From Azolla caroliniana (Eukaryota > Plantae > Polypodiophyta), in assembly GCA_043228905.1 (NCBI GenBank), contig JBHGNT010000007.1, forward strand, positions 5,704,001 to 5,768,000: a DNA stretch of 64,000 bases, written 5' to 3'. Every line of letters begins with the position of its first letter. The stretch's first letter is position 1. Shown here in pieces: positions 50,751 through 63,084 of the stretch. The position numbers and the translations under genes were made by a program. The notes beneath the pieces were generated by a model. That model made no database searches and was not told where the DNA came from. It worked only from the letters and a program-made list of their open reading frames with translations.

Positions 50751-51312
50751 GGAGTGAAAACAAAAACATCTGAGCCCCGCCCTGTTTTAAGTTACTGGTT
50801 TATCAAAAATACACAAAACGATTTCCAAATATACAAGGGTGTAGCATTCTGTAAAACTGAGTTTGGAAAAACAAAGAGGTACATCCAACAAATGTTGCAT
50901 TGGATACAGCCATTTATCACATTCTCTATCTATCTCTATCTCTCAAGTAAATTGAGAGAGACAGAAGTCATTCATTGTTATGGACTCTGTCCCCTGGTGA
51001 TTGTTAATAATATATCTAAAAGTATACATCTATCTCTCTATCCAAAACATTTGAAGTTTTTTGGTATCAATTTAACTAAAAACACAGACAATAGACCAGT
51101 TTAGCAATCTGTGAAACCAACTTTTGATGAAATGATGAGATACAAGAAAATTATTATTAGGTACAGCCATCTCCCTCTTTCTCTGGCTATTGGCTAGGCC
51201 GGTAATCAAAAGTCTTCAGATTCAGAGAACCCAAGTTAAATACTTGCTTTTGGCTCAGCCCCATCCTATCAATTATATCCAGTCTCCCATGGACATCAAA
51301 AAGTCTATTTAT

Positions 51313-51315
<3 letters not shown>

Positions 51316-51387
<72 letters not shown>
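51316..51387. repeat. (TC)n microsatellite downstream of TIC20
   Basis: Seen directly in the sequence. Confidence 0.95.
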
Positions 51388-51389
<2 letters not shown>

Positions 51390-51623
51390 AGAGAAGTTAA
51401 CACATCTTTCTTTAGCAATTTATAAAACTGAGTTCAGTTAAATGATGAACTACATATAAGGAAAGTAACATTAAATAATGCCACTCTCTCTCTCTAAGAG
51501 ACAGTAATACACTTTTCCTGCTTGCTCTTGCTCTCTCTCTCTCTCTCTCTAAGAGTCATTAATACATCTCCCCTTCCTTTCCAAAACCTAGTTTCTTTAT
51601 CTATCAGCCACTCTACTGAAGCT

Positions 51624-52442
51624 TTAGAAGAGTTGGTTATCCGCAGCATCGGCCACAAATGGAATGCGAAGAATTTTCCCAAGAATGCAAGAAACCATTC
51701 CAAAAACCACAGTCACAAGAAGCGAAACAAAGACGGCATTGTAGAACAAGATTAGGAGATCAAGACCAAATCCACTCTTTGGGCTGAGGATCCTCTGAAC
51801 GATGAGAGGGATAACAATAAGTACATCCAAGACACATGCTTGCATTGCATTGAACCTGACATACCTCGGAAAGCTGGGGTTTTTTACAAGAGCAAGGTAG
51901 ATTGTGAAGAAAACCACAAAATTTGCATATGGGATGCTCGAGTAGAGACGGAGGAGGGGGAAAATCGGTCTGAAGATGACCTCTATCGAAGGAAACTGTG
52001 AGAAGAGGAAACGTCCATATTGCATCCCATCAAGCAATGGTAGGAAATATCCAACCGCCGATAACACTCTATCTATGGCAGGTGTACGGCCACCATTGAA
52101 ACCTCTGTTCCCTGAAAATGCCTTTACAACTGAAACTTTCGCCACTTTCTTCTCATTCTTCTGATTGTGTTTCTGGTCATCTATGGCCTCCTTCCTCCGA
52201 CCTTTAAACCGTAAGCCATTTCTTTCTGATACGAGACCATGGAAGAGAGGGAGAAGACTGACCTGAGACGGTAGTTTCTGATCAATACTTGCAGACATAG
52301 TCGAGTGATGTCTCAACGAAGCTGTAAAGGAGGAGGAAGAGAAAGAGCTTCTGTGAGGGGTAACGCCAGGGGATGATCTCTTTGTTTCTGCAGGTGTTCG
52401 GATGAGGAGGAGGGCGGGGGAAGGAGAGAGACAGGCCGCCAT
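51624..52442 (-). CDS. TIC20: Chloroplast inner-envelope translocon TIC20 (TIC20-II-like), intronless, 272 aa
   Basis: Ser/Arg-rich transit peptide, then DRVLSAVGYFLPLLDGMQYGRFLF...YSSIPYANFVVFF..Y...VKNPSFPRYVRFNAMQA..LDVL...RIPFVADAADNQL. First ATG at 52442; the ORF track starts at GTG 52448. Confidence 0.94.
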   Translation of the reverse strand: MAACLSPSPALLLIRTPAETKRSSPGVTPHRSSFSSSSFTASLRHHSTMSASIDQKLPSQVSLLPLFHGLVSERNGLRFKGRRKEAIDDQKHNQKNEKKVAKVSVVKAFSGNRGFNGGRTPAIDRVLSAVGYFLPLLDGMQYGRFLFSQFPSIEVIFRPIFPLLRLYSSIPYANFVVFFTIYLALVKNPSFPRYVRFNAMQACVLDVLIVIPLIVQRILSPKSGFGLDLLILFYNAVFVSLLVTVVFGMVSCILGKILRIPFVADAADNQLF

Positions 52443-52688
52443 AGCCACGACCTCTGATCCCTATACTCTCTGTTTCTTTCTGCTTTCTTGCTCTTGCAAT
52501 CCCCTTCCTCTAAATTTAGCAGAGAAAACAGAAAACATATGTTTATCAAACTCCTCTATATGCTAACTCTAAGTAATGTTTTCAATTTCCTTCCCTCTAC
52601 ATTTAGCAGATAAATTTTGGGAAGTAAATATGTATAGACTATAGTTATATTTTTCATACTCCTCTTTGCTTATGTTTCATTGATCTCT

Positions 52689-52706
52689 AAACCCTAAACC
52701 CTAAAC
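52689..52706. promoter_or_regulatory. Tandem telo-box (AAACCCT)2 upstream of TIC20
   Basis: aaaccctaaaccctaaac about 250 bp upstream of the TIC20 ATG. Confidence 0.4.
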
Positions 52707-55079
52707 TTAATGTTTCGTCAATCTCCTACGTAAAGCCCATGGTAATTCGCTTGGGGGTGCACGAGCTGACTTTGAATGTTAAACTCCACGATGATCTCCC
52801 CCCGACGATAATACTATTTGCATCCTGCTCTGGCTTTTGGCAGAAAAACAATGATCACGAGGTGAATGGAAACCCATGGTGATTGTGGCATGATGAATAA
52901 CTCTCTTTTTTATCAGTCGAGGAGGTTTAACAAACAATACATGTGTGAGCTACGAAAATCCACAACAATGTGGCACCACAAAAACACTTTCTATGTGCAT
53001 TGATGCTCGGCATGTATGTATATACAAGCAACAAATTTTATGAATGATACAACATCAAGGAAAAACTCTTCGTGCTCATTGAGATTCATCACAAAAAAAG
53101 GTATAATATACGAGCAACGTAGATATTTCATGGGGTGGCATGGTGGAAACTCCCTGTATCTATCGAGGTTTAATAAGAAACCATACATGAACAATGTAAA
53201 TCCATAATGTTTGTGGGAGGAACATAACTCTTTCTGGGTGTTGAGGTTTAACAACAATTGTTTGTATGGGATACAGAATCCCGGGTGATTGATAACTTTG
53301 TATGCAAGTTGAGGTTTAACGAAAAAGGAATTAATGAGAGTCAAAATTCTTCAATGATGTGACACAATTGGGAACTCATTGTGCATCTCAAGGTTTAACA
53401 AAAAGAGAGAGTACATATATGTGGGCATTGAAAATCCATGATTGTGCTTCCTAGGTTTAACACAAAAGGTATAGAAGCAAGTAGTAGGCTAACTTCTTAA
53501 TTCGGGAAATGGGCTTTTGACCAAGATTGTCAAGCTTTTTAATGTTTATTTTTTCTTCCCTGTAACCAAGTATGCATTTTCCCATCCAATGCTTCAAATT
53601 CCATCTTCATATTATTCAACTAATCCAAATTTCATACTTAAAAGTCAACATTAATGGCAAAGCTACCAATTTTCATAGGCTAATGTCAAACCTATATCTG
53701 TTCACATTGTTGAGTGTTAGCATGCAAATTGAGATAGCACTTAGCGCACTTGTGTGATAACTTATTCGAAGCACCCACAATATTCTTTGACATGCCATCA
53801 CAAGCCTTGTTCATTTATCAACAAGCACGTTTCAATCATACCTTTTTCCATGCCTATATTTTTGCACATTTGTTGATATTCTCTTTGGTCTTTATTACCT
53901 CTTGATCATCCTTCACTTTCATCATCATTCTCCTCTTCATACCCCTATTTTCATGTTCCATCTCATTGTTTGTGATCCTTTAGCTTGGCTATTGGATATT
54001 GTTTTGAATATCAGTAATGGTCTTTGAATTTGTCCTCTCTCAACTCGACTCATTTGGCCCCACTCGATGATAAACTCTCGACTATTAGCCATTGTTTGAC
54101 TCTCAAATAATGACTATAAACAATCCATCCAATCATCATTTGACTTGGACTCAACTCAATGTTGCATGTAAATCTCTAATGTCAATTATCAACTAGAATT
54201 CAACAATTGGGCATCATTTAATTGTCATCTCACATCTTTATTCTCTTCTTTCACGTGCAACTTTTTTTGCCTCGTTCTTCATCCCCTCAACGAACCCACT
54301 TCTTTGCCACCGTCTCCTTTGTCACTTGTATATTTAACAATGATGTATCATCGATGAGAACATTCCAATGGCATGAGTGGGGGTAGTGATTTCCCACACA
54401 ACAATAACTATGACGAGGCCCAATTGCAACACCATACCCTTTGAGAATGGTAAGCCCCATGGTAGCAATGGCCCAAATCTAATGATATCATTGGCGAGAT
54501 TAGGACATCGATTATGGAAATATGGATGTGTGTTGACTCTAAGTGTTCACACTAAGTTCATGGATTTGTATCAATGGAGTTGTATCTCCACACTGGTATT
54601 GTTAGCCAAGTTGTCAAACACTCTCGAGCTACTAATATTGCCTTTTACCCTAGTCTAGTGAACTATCACTTGACACCTCCTTTAGAAATGTTAACCTCAC
54701 TAAGAAGTTCACTATTACTCTAATGGGCTATATTGTTATGTACGTATGGTAGTAAACATAAGCAAAGAGGTTGCACACATAAGAAGTAACCATCGTTCAT
54801 TTGGTATAAGTGCACACAACACATACAATTGGAGTGATAAGGGTTTGGTTAATAACACTTAACCTTGGTCACTCAACACCTGATTGGTATATGAGAGAGA
54901 GAGAGAGAGCTCTAACTTTTATTACAAAGGGCTTCAGACGAAACATTTAGGAGGAAGCTAAAAAAAGCACAAAAGGGATTTTTATAGCTCATTTACAATA
55001 AGGTTTTCCTTTTTCACATTGGGGTGGCCATTAGGCCTAAAGATCTAGAGTCAACTTTGTTCAATTCCCCTTTTCTTGG

Positions 55080-56800
55080 TCTTACACGTAATCTTTACCA
55101 CTAATATTGATGTCAATGTCTTCATGGACCGCGCTACACATGACATGTACTTAACAAAACGATATGAGTGGCCCAATCATGGGAAATATTGTACAATATA
55201 TGACACAAATGTATAGAAGGAAGGGAAGCACTCACATAACAAAGGGTTTGTCATGTTTGTGTATGGTAGGATTTCTTACTCATTGAATAGGTATAGAAGT
55301 ATTGATCCATTGTGACGGGGTTAGGGTTCTTGTGAGTTGATACTCCAAGGGTGCATTGTAAGAGGAGGTTGTTAATCTACTCTCCAGTGGGAAGGGAAAG
55401 GTGTCAATGTCAACTATATTTGACTAGGGTCAGTCGATGCCTTTGCCACGTAGATAAGGGCATCAATTTTGTGGTACAATAGCCAAACACAAAGGGTGTT
55501 AAAGATAGTCTTTTGGGGTGGAGTGCCATCCAACCAGGTGACATGAATAGAGGTAGAAGAATAACACAACTACACATATGGGGTGGGACAAGAGGTTAGG
55601 GTTATGAGCACCCCTGAGCGAAGGTGAAATGCAAATCTGAGTTCCCAATCAATGTCCCATACGACCGAGTTTGTTCACACAAATTTTACCTTGGGTTTGA
55701 AGAACAAGGAGGCACACGTGTATAAAGTTAGAGCTTTGACACACTATCAAAGTCCGTATTAAAATACTAGAGATGATCCCCTTTATGAAGGTAGCTAGCC
55801 TTCATATATAGCTCAAACCTTAGGCCTTTGTTTGTTTCGCACTTGACAACTTTATTATAAGTGGCAAACTGACGAAACCTTCTAAAGTTTCATCTCATTG
55901 TATGATTGAGATAACTCGGTCTTTACCCTTCGTTCCTTTTGAATAAGCCCATGCCTAACCTTAAGGTCAGAGAACTATGGTTATGGTTATTCTTGTAACA
56001 TTAGGGTAGGGAGAAAAAGAGGGAAGGAAAGTTTTCATTGTAGGGTGAAAAGAACTTGTGAAGTGGAAGTGGTTTTTAATGGCATAGATGTCCTATATAG
56101 GTTGGCGTTATGAAAATGAGACGTTAGTTCATGATGCGGTTATAACGACATATAAGAGGCAACGGAGAATTGGTGTCAGTTTCTTACATTCATCAGACTA
56201 TTCCATATGGGTGGTGATCCATGATCGTCTCATAGATAAAATACATGGGTGAAGCATTGTGCATTGAGGGACATCATGATTGGGTGGGGGTAATTGTTTG
56301 GATCCTTAATACTAAGGGGATCACAATAGTGTTGTAGAAAGGAAAAAAAGATATGCTCAAACTTCCATGACACCACTTAATATATTGTACGATGCACTTT
56401 CCCATGAAGGTTTTAAGGGCACACGACAACCCTTAATGTGTGGCATATTGCACACTTCATAAGACCTAATGATAATTTATTATCCAGACATCCCTAGCAT
56501 TAGGCATTGTTTGCATGAGGATGATTTTGGACTCCTTCCAACACATTGTCCCATTGTAACCCTGTCACTTTGACCACACCATGTGAACAATTGTTGCCCG
56601 TTCATGATTTGTCCTGTCATATGTGTTGGCTCAATTCCTTAGATAAGGACCACATAATGAAGCCTAACTTTATCATGATTATTGAAACAACCATCATGAT
56701 TCTTCATACCAAATGGAAAGAATACAAAAATACCCTTAAAATTTCTAAAGTTATTGAAGCAATGCCACAAAGCTTGGGACTAAATACGAGTATTCATGGC
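55080..56800 (-). mobile_element. Degenerate Ty3/Gypsy gag-protease remnant
   Basis: Minus-strand pieces resemble a gag zinc knuckle (CAICHT....CP, about 56420-56460) and the aspartic protease region (SSNFI, about 55720). Heavily mutated; boundaries approximate. Confidence 0.4.
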
Positions 56801-56809
56801 TAGTTGGGT

Positions 56810-57560
56810 ATTTACCTCTTGGGTATTTAGGAACCTCCTAGCTTTTGGGCATTTACTAAAGGAGTACTTTAGAACTTCCAAAATGATTAAGAGTACTCGT
56901 AGCTTGGAAGGCATTTCCCAAAGGGTTACTCAAAGATTTCAATAAAACTTAGAATATCATAGCTTCTATGGACTTACTAGGTGGTTAAAGTTTCCAAAAA
57001 ATCGAGAGTACTCCTAACTTGTTCAAAATCTACATACCATAAGGATATCTTGAGACTTCTAGAAATATCCTACGTTGTTCAATATTTACCATAGGGATAT
57101 TTTGGGAGTTTCAAAAAACGTAGTTCATGCCTAGCTTGTTGAGAATTTAGCAATGTAGTATTTTGAAATTTCCAAAAACTAGGGAGCTCATATCTTGTTT
57201 GGTCTTCACTAGAGGGATTGTCCTAGAGATTGGAACTTCCTAGAGTCTTATAGGTTGTTGGATATTTACGCGAAAGGTATTTTTGGGCTTCCACAAAACT
57301 TAAGATTACTCCCAACTTGTGGGATGTTTACCAAAGAGGTATTTTAGGACTTCCAGAAAAATCAAGAATGCTCTTACCTTGTTCAATATTTAATAGGGGT
57401 ATATTCTAGGATGTTTAGAAAAACTGAGATAATTCCTAGCATGTTGTGTATTTATTAGAGGGGTAAATTTAGAACATCTAAAAAACGGAGGGTGATCTTA
57501 GCTAAGTTGGGTATTAGTGAAGCAGGTAGTTTGGGACTTCTTGAGAGCGTAGAGAGTACA
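56810..57560. repeat. Degenerate tandem repeat of about 60-bp units (roughly a dozen)
   Basis: Recurrent blocks ctccta(g/a)cttgtt...atttac(c/t)a.ag.ggtatttt.ggacttccaaaaa at about 60-bp spacing. Confidence 0.7.
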
Positions 57561-58545
57561 ACTAGCCGATGTTCAACTAGAATGTCTAGTATTTTTTCTG
57601 AAAAGGGTCTTCATGTACAAGTTTTTTTTTGCGTGGGCGGGGGGGGGGGCTAAATACTTATCTTTCCCTTGTTTCCAGACTGTTTGGTGCTGACGTTGTT
57701 GATGACATGACCAGGAAAACAAGGCAAATGAGATGAGGCACACGAGTGGATGATAATTTTGTCAAATTGATTTTAATAGAAAGATCAAAGTATTGATATT
57801 CATACATACATACATACATACTGGCATGTCTATTTGTCACCAAATCATAAAGAGGCATGGTGTGGGAATCACAGTCATGGACGGTGCAAGGCTCGTGCAT
57901 GTTGGCATAAAAGGCCTACTCCTTCCACTTTGTATCCTAGAGCATGAACACGTCCAAATAGTTAGGGCTTAGTATATAAGCAATAACCTAACGTTGTAAC
58001 ATGGGCTTCTTGATCATTCTTTTATCTCTAGTCTCTGAGAGAGAGACAGAGAGAGAACAAAGAACCAACGAAAGCTTCCATTAATGTTGAAAACTGTGTA
58101 TATGCTTCTGTCTATTCTCATGCCTTACTTTCTGTGTTGTTTGTTGAGCACATAACCGACATGTCCCTACATACTTTTGCACATATTCGAACACCATATC
58201 CATCGATGCAATTTGCATTGTCATATCAATATCCAAGTCGGAATTTTGATCTTAGCAAAAATTTCAACCGGGTTAGTCGATTACCTTTCACAACGTCGGG
58301 TTATTGATTACAGTTCCAGGTCATCGATGACAATCGGCCTACAAAGCCGGGTTATCGGTGATAGTAGTAGGGGTAGAACAGGGTTATTTATCGCAATAGA
58401 GGGGTATAGCCGGGTTACTAGCAAGGCGAGCCGCGCCCATTTTTGGATAAAGATCTGACGGTGCAGATCGCACGCGCCCTTCGAAACGCGCCTTGCATCA
58501 TCTGTGGCCGCGATTCCCTCGCCAAGCCTCTTTATGCAAATAGTC

Positions 58546-58552
58546 ACATACA

Positions 58553-58583
<31 letters not shown>

Positions 58584-58644
58584 GTACATACATACATATG
58601 TACATACATACATACATACATACATATGTACATACACACATACA

Positions 58645-58675
<31 letters not shown>

Positions 58676-58800
58676 GTACATACACACATACATACATACA
58701 TATGTACATACACACACACATACATACATACATATGTACATATACACATACATACATACATACACTATTCATATATACATATGCATACATTCATACACAT
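58546..58800. repeat. (CATA)n compound microsatellite upstream of the ATX-like gene
   Basis: Seen directly in the sequence. It explains the spurious HTYI and MYVC ORFs. Confidence 0.95.
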
Positions 58801-59120
58801 ACACAGAGATACGCACAGAGAGATATGTATACAGAGAGAAAAAGAGAAACACAAAATTTTGTTTCTTCCGCGATAGCTAGCAAAACTGAAGAAAGCGTTC
58901 TTCTTCTTCATTCCTTTATTCATTTATTCTTCTTCTTCTTCTTCTTCTTCTACTTCCTCCTCCTCCTCCTCCTCTTCTTCTTCCTCTTCCCCCTCTTCTT
59001 CTTCGTTTTCTTCTCTCTTGAGGTCTGGAGATTCTTCCCTGATTGATTTGTTTCCTCGCAATGCTAGATTTCTTATCAATGCGTCTTGATTTTTCTTTCA
59101 TTTTGTTTCCTTATCTACAG

Positions 59121-59210
59121 ATCGCTAAATCTTTGATTCATCTGGAGACTGTATGCGTCATTGCTGCTGCCTAGAGAACCAAAATTTAAGATTCTTCTTC
59201 TTCAGCTTCG
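59121..59210 (+). other. Putative non-coding 5'UTR exon of the ATX-like gene
   Basis: Polypyrimidine tract plus TACAG| acceptor at 59120 and a strong donor CG|GTAAGC at 59211. Confidence 0.5.
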
Positions 59211-60243
59211 GTAAGCTTTCATTTAATATCCAGTATTTTCTAATTATTTTCTAGGTTTTCAAAGATTCGTCATTCATTATATCTCTAACACATTTTAATT
59301 CTGTTAAGTTTTCTCGATTTCCTCCCAAAACTTTGATCTTGCTGGCATGAAAACTCAATAATGCTAATTATTTGTTCGATTCATTAATTATTGATCATCA
59401 TCATCTAAAATTATTCACCCTATTCATCAATTATTCATCATCATCATTGTCGCTGATTCATCATCTGTCATCAATCATCAACATCATTCACTCATCATCA
59501 TCATCCATGTCTTTAGCACCAATACAGCAGTAATGCCTGAAATAAGGTTGTCAATCCTGCCAATTAGATTTCTGCTAGATTGACCTTGCAAAGATTTCTG
59601 CAATTGCGTATATTATTCAATAAGCTTTAGCCGTCACATATTATTGTCATTTTGCATCACCGTGATAATGATCTTCACTTTTTGCATCAATGCAATGTTA
59701 TTTAAATGAAGGCTGTCTACACTGTGGCAGAGTTAAAATGCAATTTCTGCATTTAGGTATTTGAACCTGCAAAATTTTCTGCAATTTGCATCAGATATAA
59801 GAGCACAGCATTTGGAAGTTATTTGGACCTGCAAAGCTTTCTGCAATTAAGGTTAAGTTATGGTTTGAATTGGAATAGATATCCAACTAAATTGGAAAGA
59901 TGAGAATATTGTTGGGATCTACCCATTAGTTTCACCAGTTTTCTGAGTAACTTGAATCTGTCTCCACCATCATTGTCATCAAAATCATTGATTTATCAGC
60001 ATCAGCATCATCAATGATTCATCACCATCACCATCACCATCACCGTCATTATCATCATCATCGATGATTCATCACCATTGTCAGTATCGATTCATCACCA
60101 TCATGCACAATCATGTTGCAACTTTCACCTCCATCTATATTTCATCATGAGAGCTGCGAAGTCATGTATATCTAACAAGGGGCTTAATCATGAAAAACTC
60201 GTGAAGAGTACAATCTATTGGCAAATAGTGCAATCATTGCCTA

Positions 60244-63084
60244 ATGATGATCACCAAGGAAACACAACCTGAGAATCAGAAGAAAGCAGAAGATAAGAGC
60301 TATGAAACATATGCTGATGAAGGCAGCAACGAAGAGTTATTTGAACAATGTGATGGCACCTTCAAAACACCCTCTTCTCCCCCAAGAGTCTACCGTAGAG
60401 TACTTAACAAAGACAAAAACAAGAATAAGAGAAGTCCTGTTGTTCCTTTATCACATACAGTCTTCAAGGATGAACTCTGGCATTCTGATGATGAAATGAA
60501 TCAGATCAGTTTCAAGGATTATAACACTATGGCTGCTGAAGCTAGACGTAAAAGAGTGGAAGCTCGATTTGCAGAGAGACCAATTGTAGCCGTGGGTTTT
60601 GCACCAAGACATCATAATGAAGTTATTAATGCCGATATGTTCAAAGCTATAGATCCGAAGCTCATTCTTGGAACGATTCTGGTAGAGAGACTGGAGATAG
60701 CGTCACCTTCTATACGGGGTGATGCCCTAGAGAGACCCTCGCCCAAAAAGCTCAAACTCATAGAAAATCCTCATATGACTAATGTGAAGATTGAAAAATG
60801 TCATCCTTCAAAGCTAGCAGGGTATTTGACTTCCAGAACTTCTAATGGAAGAAATGGGGGTGTACATTTCTCTGTGAAGGAATATGTTACTGGACAAAAT
60901 ATTCCTGTGAAATCGAGTTTGCTCTATGATCAAGAAATGAAAGGTTTTAGGTCCTCAGAGTTCAGGGATAGTCCGTCATTATTAAATGCTAACAAGTTAC
61001 TGGTTGTGGAAGATGCACTTTCTCGGCTCAAATCTCAAGTATTGGTAGACAGATATAATGAGGAGGCAAAAGAATCATCACTACACTCAGCAAAAGAATC
61101 CATTGTCTCTTCACGGCAGTTAGGGCATACTATGAACATAGCTTATGCACAACACTTTGAGCAGGATACCTCTTATTGGGAACAAATAAATGCAACTAAA
61201 AACAATGGCCATGTGCAAACATCTGTAGAGGTAATTTCTCATACTTAAATGTGGATGCATCAACTTTGTGTGTCTAATGCATGAGGAAATTCTTATTAAA
61301 AGAGAATGATTTTCCTTTGTGTATGTACTATTGTTGGTAATATCACCCCCTATGGACATTAATATATCATCATCATCATCACCTTGGCCAAATGCGTGAG
61401 AGATAGGCAGGGTTACCTGTGGCAATTTTACCAATTTATTATTTTGATTTGTTGTTTTTTGAGATGGGACTACATTTCAGCCGCTTAAGAGATTTTAATG
61501 TATTATTTTCTGTTTTTTTATTTCTCCGACATGTAGAAAATCCAAATCATTTTAGGATTTTGTAGAGATTCCCTATATTATATGAAGTGTTCACAAATTT
61601 AATCACCTCAACATGCAGGAATACAAGAGACCAAATACACACTCACCACTTAAGTCAGAAGCAAAAGGTGTCCCAGATGCAACTCAAGTTTCGAAAGAAC
61701 TTAAAATAGGTCAGGGAGTGAGAGCTATTCCAGAAAGAAGAGGTGAACCATATACACACTTGAAACAAGATGATACTGGAAAACTCAAGTCACAATTAAA
61801 TATAGTAAGCAAAAACAGAATGAAGAAGGAGAATGAACAGGAAGATATTACAGTAATGCAGAGCATGAACGAAGTATGCTCCCTTGACCTGCTCCTGCAA
61901 GCTGCGTCTGGTATGGAACCTGAGCCCATGGGTTCGACCATGGAAACCCAATGGCAGAGTGAAACTTCTACAATATTATCGCATAAGAAAAAGACACATG
62001 GGAATGCTCATATTCTGGAAAAAAGTGGTAAAAGGATTAGGAGTACTGTAGCAGATTATCTGGATAATGATAGAGTAGATACTGCATCAATGAAATTAGA
62101 TAAATCACCTTTTAAAGAGGCATCCACAGATAGAAAAGTCTACAAAGATGAGGAAGCAAGATCTTCTGCAAGTGATTTGAATCAATCTACAGAGGCTATC
62201 ATATCGGCACCGATTGTTTCAACAAAGAGAGGCAGAGCTCAGGTCCTTCCATCAAGGTTTAGAGATTCAATCTTAGAACCATGGAAGAAAGGGCAGAAAC
62301 GTCCTTCAGAGGATCAGGTATCCCTTAAGAGCGTTCCTTCAGAAAACAAAGTGAGGAAACCCGATAAGGTTTCACCCAGAGCACACAATCCAACAGATGA
62401 AGTCGAGGACATGATGATTTTGGCTAGGAAAGGTTCTTTGAACGATTTTCATTCTACTAGAAAGCTTTGGATTTCAAGCAAACGGAAAAATCCTTTCAAG
62501 ACATTACACAAGAATGTTGAACGATGTAATGTGGAAAGTAATAATCATAAGCAGAAAATGTTTTCTAATGGAGAGTTTAGTGAAGCAGCTCAATTGCACT
62601 CTCAAATGTCTTCAGGATTTTCTTCTTCTGGTCATAGGACTTCAACTGGGGATGCTACCCTGTCGGCCAGTATTAATTCCGAGTCAAATGATGAAGTAAG
62701 TTTGGCAGCAAATGGTAGAACTGAGGCAACGACAGGTCTCTTGTATAGTCTAGAAGATTTTTATGTGGGAGATATAGTATGGGCCAAGTCTGGCAAAAGA
62801 AATGATCCTGTATGGCCAGCAAAAGTGGTGGATCCCGTAAGAGAAGCACCTGAGTTGGTTCGTAAAGCTTTTGTTCCTGGACGTTTGTGTGTGATGTTCT
62901 TTGGACCTTCGGCTTCCAAGGGAAGAGATCGGGTATGTACTTCCTTCTCCACCTTAAATAAGTAGTCTTCTTTTTGGGTTTTTTTGTATGAAAGAGAAAT
63001 AAACTCATATCAATCCATATACAAACAGGACTATGCATGGGTACGCCAAGGCATGATTTTTCCGTTTCTTGACCACCTGGACAG
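60244..63084 (+). CDS. ATX3/ATX4/ATX5-like (Trithorax-related) histone-lysine N-methyltransferase, 5' part with PWWP domain; continues beyond the window
   Basis: Exons 60244-61230, 61619-62932 and 63029-63084 join in frame. Contains the family motif RGRAQVLPSRFRDSILEPWKK and the PWWP domain EDFYVGDIVWAKSGKRNDPVWPAKVVDP...APELV....VPGRLCVMFFG....RDYAWVRQGMIFPFLD. The PHD and SET domains are not in the window. Confidence 0.88.

Noticed and set aside
58308-59101. Several 60-180 aa HTYI/MYVC/poly-F ORFs
   Set aside because: Artefacts of the (CATA)n and (CTT)n microsatellites.
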